Below, piece by piece: positions 60,844 to 64,000 of a DNA stretch of 64,000 nt. The notes beneath the pieces were generated by a model. That model saw nothing but the letters and a program-made list of their open reading frames with translations, searched no databases and was not told the origin of the DNA. Source of the stretch: Hormiphora californensis (taxonomy: Eukaryota > Animalia > Ctenophora); the NCBI GenBank assembly GCA_020137815.1, contig CM035352.1, positions 248,001 to 312,000 of the forward strand. The letters run 5' to 3'. A program made the position numbers and the translations under genes. Within the stretch, counting starts at the first letter, position 1. Each line of letters begins with the position of its first letter.

Positions 60844-62320
60844 CTAGTGTAGCGCCATTCTCAGCATCCGAATTCCGAGTGTAGGTTCCATTAAGGCTCT
60901 TCTCCATTTGCTTGGTGAGGGACCATTTTTCACAGGTGTTTCACAGGTGTCGAGGAGGACGGTGTCGATAGTAGCAACAAATAACCTGCACTTTAGTTTG
61001 TCTTCAATCCGTGGCAGGCAACCCTGAACCCATGCTTTGCTCTTCCGGTACTTGATATCTTTATTGGAATCTCTGATCCAGGATCCAAGGTATTTCAAGT
61101 CATCTGCTCTTTTGATTATGTGTCCGTCACAGCTAAGGATCGGCTCTGGATCAGGGATGTTCTCCGTTTGAGCTCCGTTTTGTTCTGGTTAATAGCCAGA
61201 CCAACCTCCTTATATAACATCTTAACCTCACGTAGTATAACCCCTAACTCCTCAACCGAGTTTGCCAGCAGGACCACTTCGTCCGCAAAGTCAGTGTCAG
61301 TAAGTCTAGATGCCCTAACATTTTCTACTCCTAGCAGGTTTTTTTATCGGGAAAACATTTAGAACAGGTAAATAACAAAGTCAATGGATCTCAATGGATC
61401 TCAGAGTGAAACCGACATCTGGGTGTCTGCTGAGAGCAATCTGTAGACAGTAATCCAGCACTATAATAAATTTATTATAGTGCTGGATCACTACGGGGCT
61501 AATGTGTCGCCTTGTAGGACACAAGCCACGATCTCAAATATAGCAGGGATGCCGTCAGCTGTTAAGACCCGTGCTTTCGTATTAATATATAAAGCCATTG
61601 GATAAGGTCTACGATAGCATCCGGTATACCGTAGATGCTCTCAGGATCTTCATCAAGCAGGATCGATTGATACCATCAAATGCCTTCACGAAGTCTATAA
61701 AAGCCATATCATCAAGGGGGGTTGTGTATAATACACTTTCTCCGACACGGGACTCAAGCACGGGGGTGCAGGTGGCCTACAGAAGGTGGGGTGTGACAGT
61801 GATTTCTTTATGTGTGCATGAAAATGCAGAATCGGTTAGGGACCGTTCCCTCCTCCCAATAGCTTGTTGACATAGCCCTAACCAAGCTAGCGGAGGGGGA
61901 TTAAGAGCTCAAACGGGCATACTATGGTGTTGTATGACTTTTGGGAGGAGGGAACGGTCCCAAAACCGATGCTTTTTCAAGCTAAATCTAAAGAAATCCA
62001 TGTCACTCACCCCTCATGCGGAACCCTGTCACACCCGTGCTTGGAGCACAGAAGTCGGAGCGAGGTCACCCCTCACACCCCTTTAGAAATATAAAAGCCA
62101 TAGTTACTTTACCGGAAGCTGTTTTGTCTAGCATCCTCCAGTCTCCTCAGCGTCAGGATGTGACTGTCGGTTGAGCGCCCCTCCTGGAATCCGTTCTGGG
62201 AGTTTGGTCTCGATATAAGGCCGGATGCGATGTAGTAGTATCATGTTCAACGTTTTTGCGACGATTGAAGTTAGTGCAATACCACGGTAGTTCCCAGGCT
62301 TGGCATCTTTAACACGGTAC
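60844..62320 (-). mobile_element. degenerate RTE-like LINE reverse transcriptase fragment, interrupted by a MITE at ~61710-62085
   Basis: GNYRGIALTSIVAK, VLQGDTLAP, DFADEVVLL, FKYLGSWI, RMLRMAL. Confidence 0.85.
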
Positions 62321-62559
62321 AGATGCAGTTGATCAAGTAGAGACATGAGTGTATCTACATCACTTAACTGCAGAATACAGGCTCATAGATACAAGGTGAT
62401 ATGATACAGTGAGAATCTGGAAATTTGAGACAGCCTCACAAGAGCAGGTGGGTTGTATAATTAGCATCGTTGTGTGAACAGTAATAATAGTTAGCTGGCT
62501 TCTTAGTGGTAACATGACGGTATAAAATGCATAAATTTTCGTAGGGGAATAACGTGATA

Positions 62560-64000
62560 TCCTTATTATAAAGTACAAATGCGTGGCGTGGTGAGGAGTA
62601 TGATGGTGACCTATCCACACGTGCAAATAGAGGGGGTTGCCCTGGGAGGTGGCTTGGGAGTGGTATTGGAGGGGAATACTGCACGTGCATGTTATTGTTT
62701 GTTTGTTGCGTGTTCCTGTGTTGTTCCTGTGGTGTTTTGGGATCTACTACTGGGGCCGCCATGATTGCCAAAGCCTTTCTACCTACGTACCCCGTTGATT
62801 CTCTACACACAGCTACAATTCTACGGATCTTTATCACCTGATTCTACATGTTATTCAACGGGATTTCCCTTGATGTTTATCACCAGCGCTCTACCACTAC
62901 CAACCTCCGTATTCTTTACCCCGACATGGAGAGACGAAGATTGAGACGGGGAGAGAGACATATAGAGACGGGGGGGGGGGGGGCTGTTGTAGGACTTCAA
63001 TGGGCTTTCTAGTCTTAATTAAAAGATGCAAATGAGTGGCGTGATGGTGATGTCCTATCCACACGTGCAAATAGAGGGGGTTGCCCTGGGAGGTGGCTTG
63101 GGAGGGGTATTGGAGGGGGATACTGCACGTGCATTTTTTGGTTGTTTGTTGCGTGTTGCTGTGTTGTTCCTGTGGTGTTTTGGGATCTACTGCTTGGGCC
63201 GCCATGATTGCCAAAGCCTTTCTACCTACGTACCCCGTTGATTCTCTACACATGTCTACAATTCTACGGATCTGTATCATCTGATTCTACATGTTATTCA
63301 GCGGGATTTCCCTTGATGTTTATCACCAGCGCTCTACCACTACCAACCTACGTATTCTTTACCCCGACATGGAGAGACGAAGAGTAAGAGGGGGGGACAT
63401 AGAGACGGGTGGGGGGGGGGGGTGTTGTAGGACTTCAATGGGCTTTCTAGTCCTTATTATAAAGTACAAATGAACGTCGTGAGTGTGATGACCTATCCAC
63501 ACGTGCAAATAGAGGGGGGTTGCCAAGGAGGTGCCATAGCCCAGCTGCGCAGCGGGTGATTGAAGGCTGCACGTGCGGGTTGGTGCAGTGGGTGGGAGGG
63601 GTGCTCCTGGGTGAGGGGGTGGGGATTCGGGTCAACGGGTGCTCTACTTCAACGGGTTTTCTAGTCCTTATTATAATTTGCAAATGAGTGGCGTGATGGT
63701 GATGGAGTATCCTAGCTTGCAACACTAGCGTGCAACAATTTGCCCATTTGCCCGTGCGAATCAAGGGGTTGTTATGGTTGCACGTGCATGTCGTTGGTTG
63801 TTTGTTGTGTGTTCCTGCGGTGTTTTGTGGTGTGATGGCATCTACTGTTGATTTCCAGATCTATTCTACCTTCGTACCCCGTTGATTACTCTACACAACT
63901 ACAATTCTGCGGATGTTTATCACCTAATTCGACACGTTTCAAGCGGCTCTCTTCTATACCACTCTACCAACCTCCATCTTCTTCAGCCCGACACGGACAT
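62560..64000 (+). mobile_element. tandem array of Helitron-like units (62560-63012, 63013-63450, 63451-63664, 63665-end)
   Basis: Repeated CTAG|TC junctions. Confidence 0.8.

Overview
Eukaryotic (animal) genomic DNA, about 40% GC and mostly transposon-derived. A non-bilaterian source such as a ctenophore is plausible but cannot be proven from this window. The one clearly identifiable gene is the AP-1/AP-2 adaptor complex beta subunit (beta-adaptin) on the minus strand: 16 coding exons from 58084 to 32531, 2781 nt, 926 aa. Exons 5-6 occur twice in a ~3.1 kb tandem duplication that may be an assembly or haplotype artefact. A second spliced gene of unknown function runs on the plus strand (candidate exons at 162, 7992, 16862, 17001 and 18254). 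Introns and intergenic DNA are filled with nested non-autonomous DNA transposons (Kolobok-, Academ-, Tc1/pogo-, Harbinger- and MULE/Merlin-like, plus a poly-G-ended group), tandem Helitron-like units, RTE and other LINE fragments, a stand-alone LINE ORF1-like gene, a 63-bp satellite and three Penelope-like retroelement remnants. The main hunt results are: (1) each Penelope-like remnant ends in a minimal type I hammerhead ribozyme; (2) four unrelated TIR elements each carry a tRNA-derived Pol III module; (3) the two arms of long foldback elements evolve in concert; (4) the exon 5-6 duplication is an in-frame phase-0 module. All coordinates were read by eye and no database searches were run.
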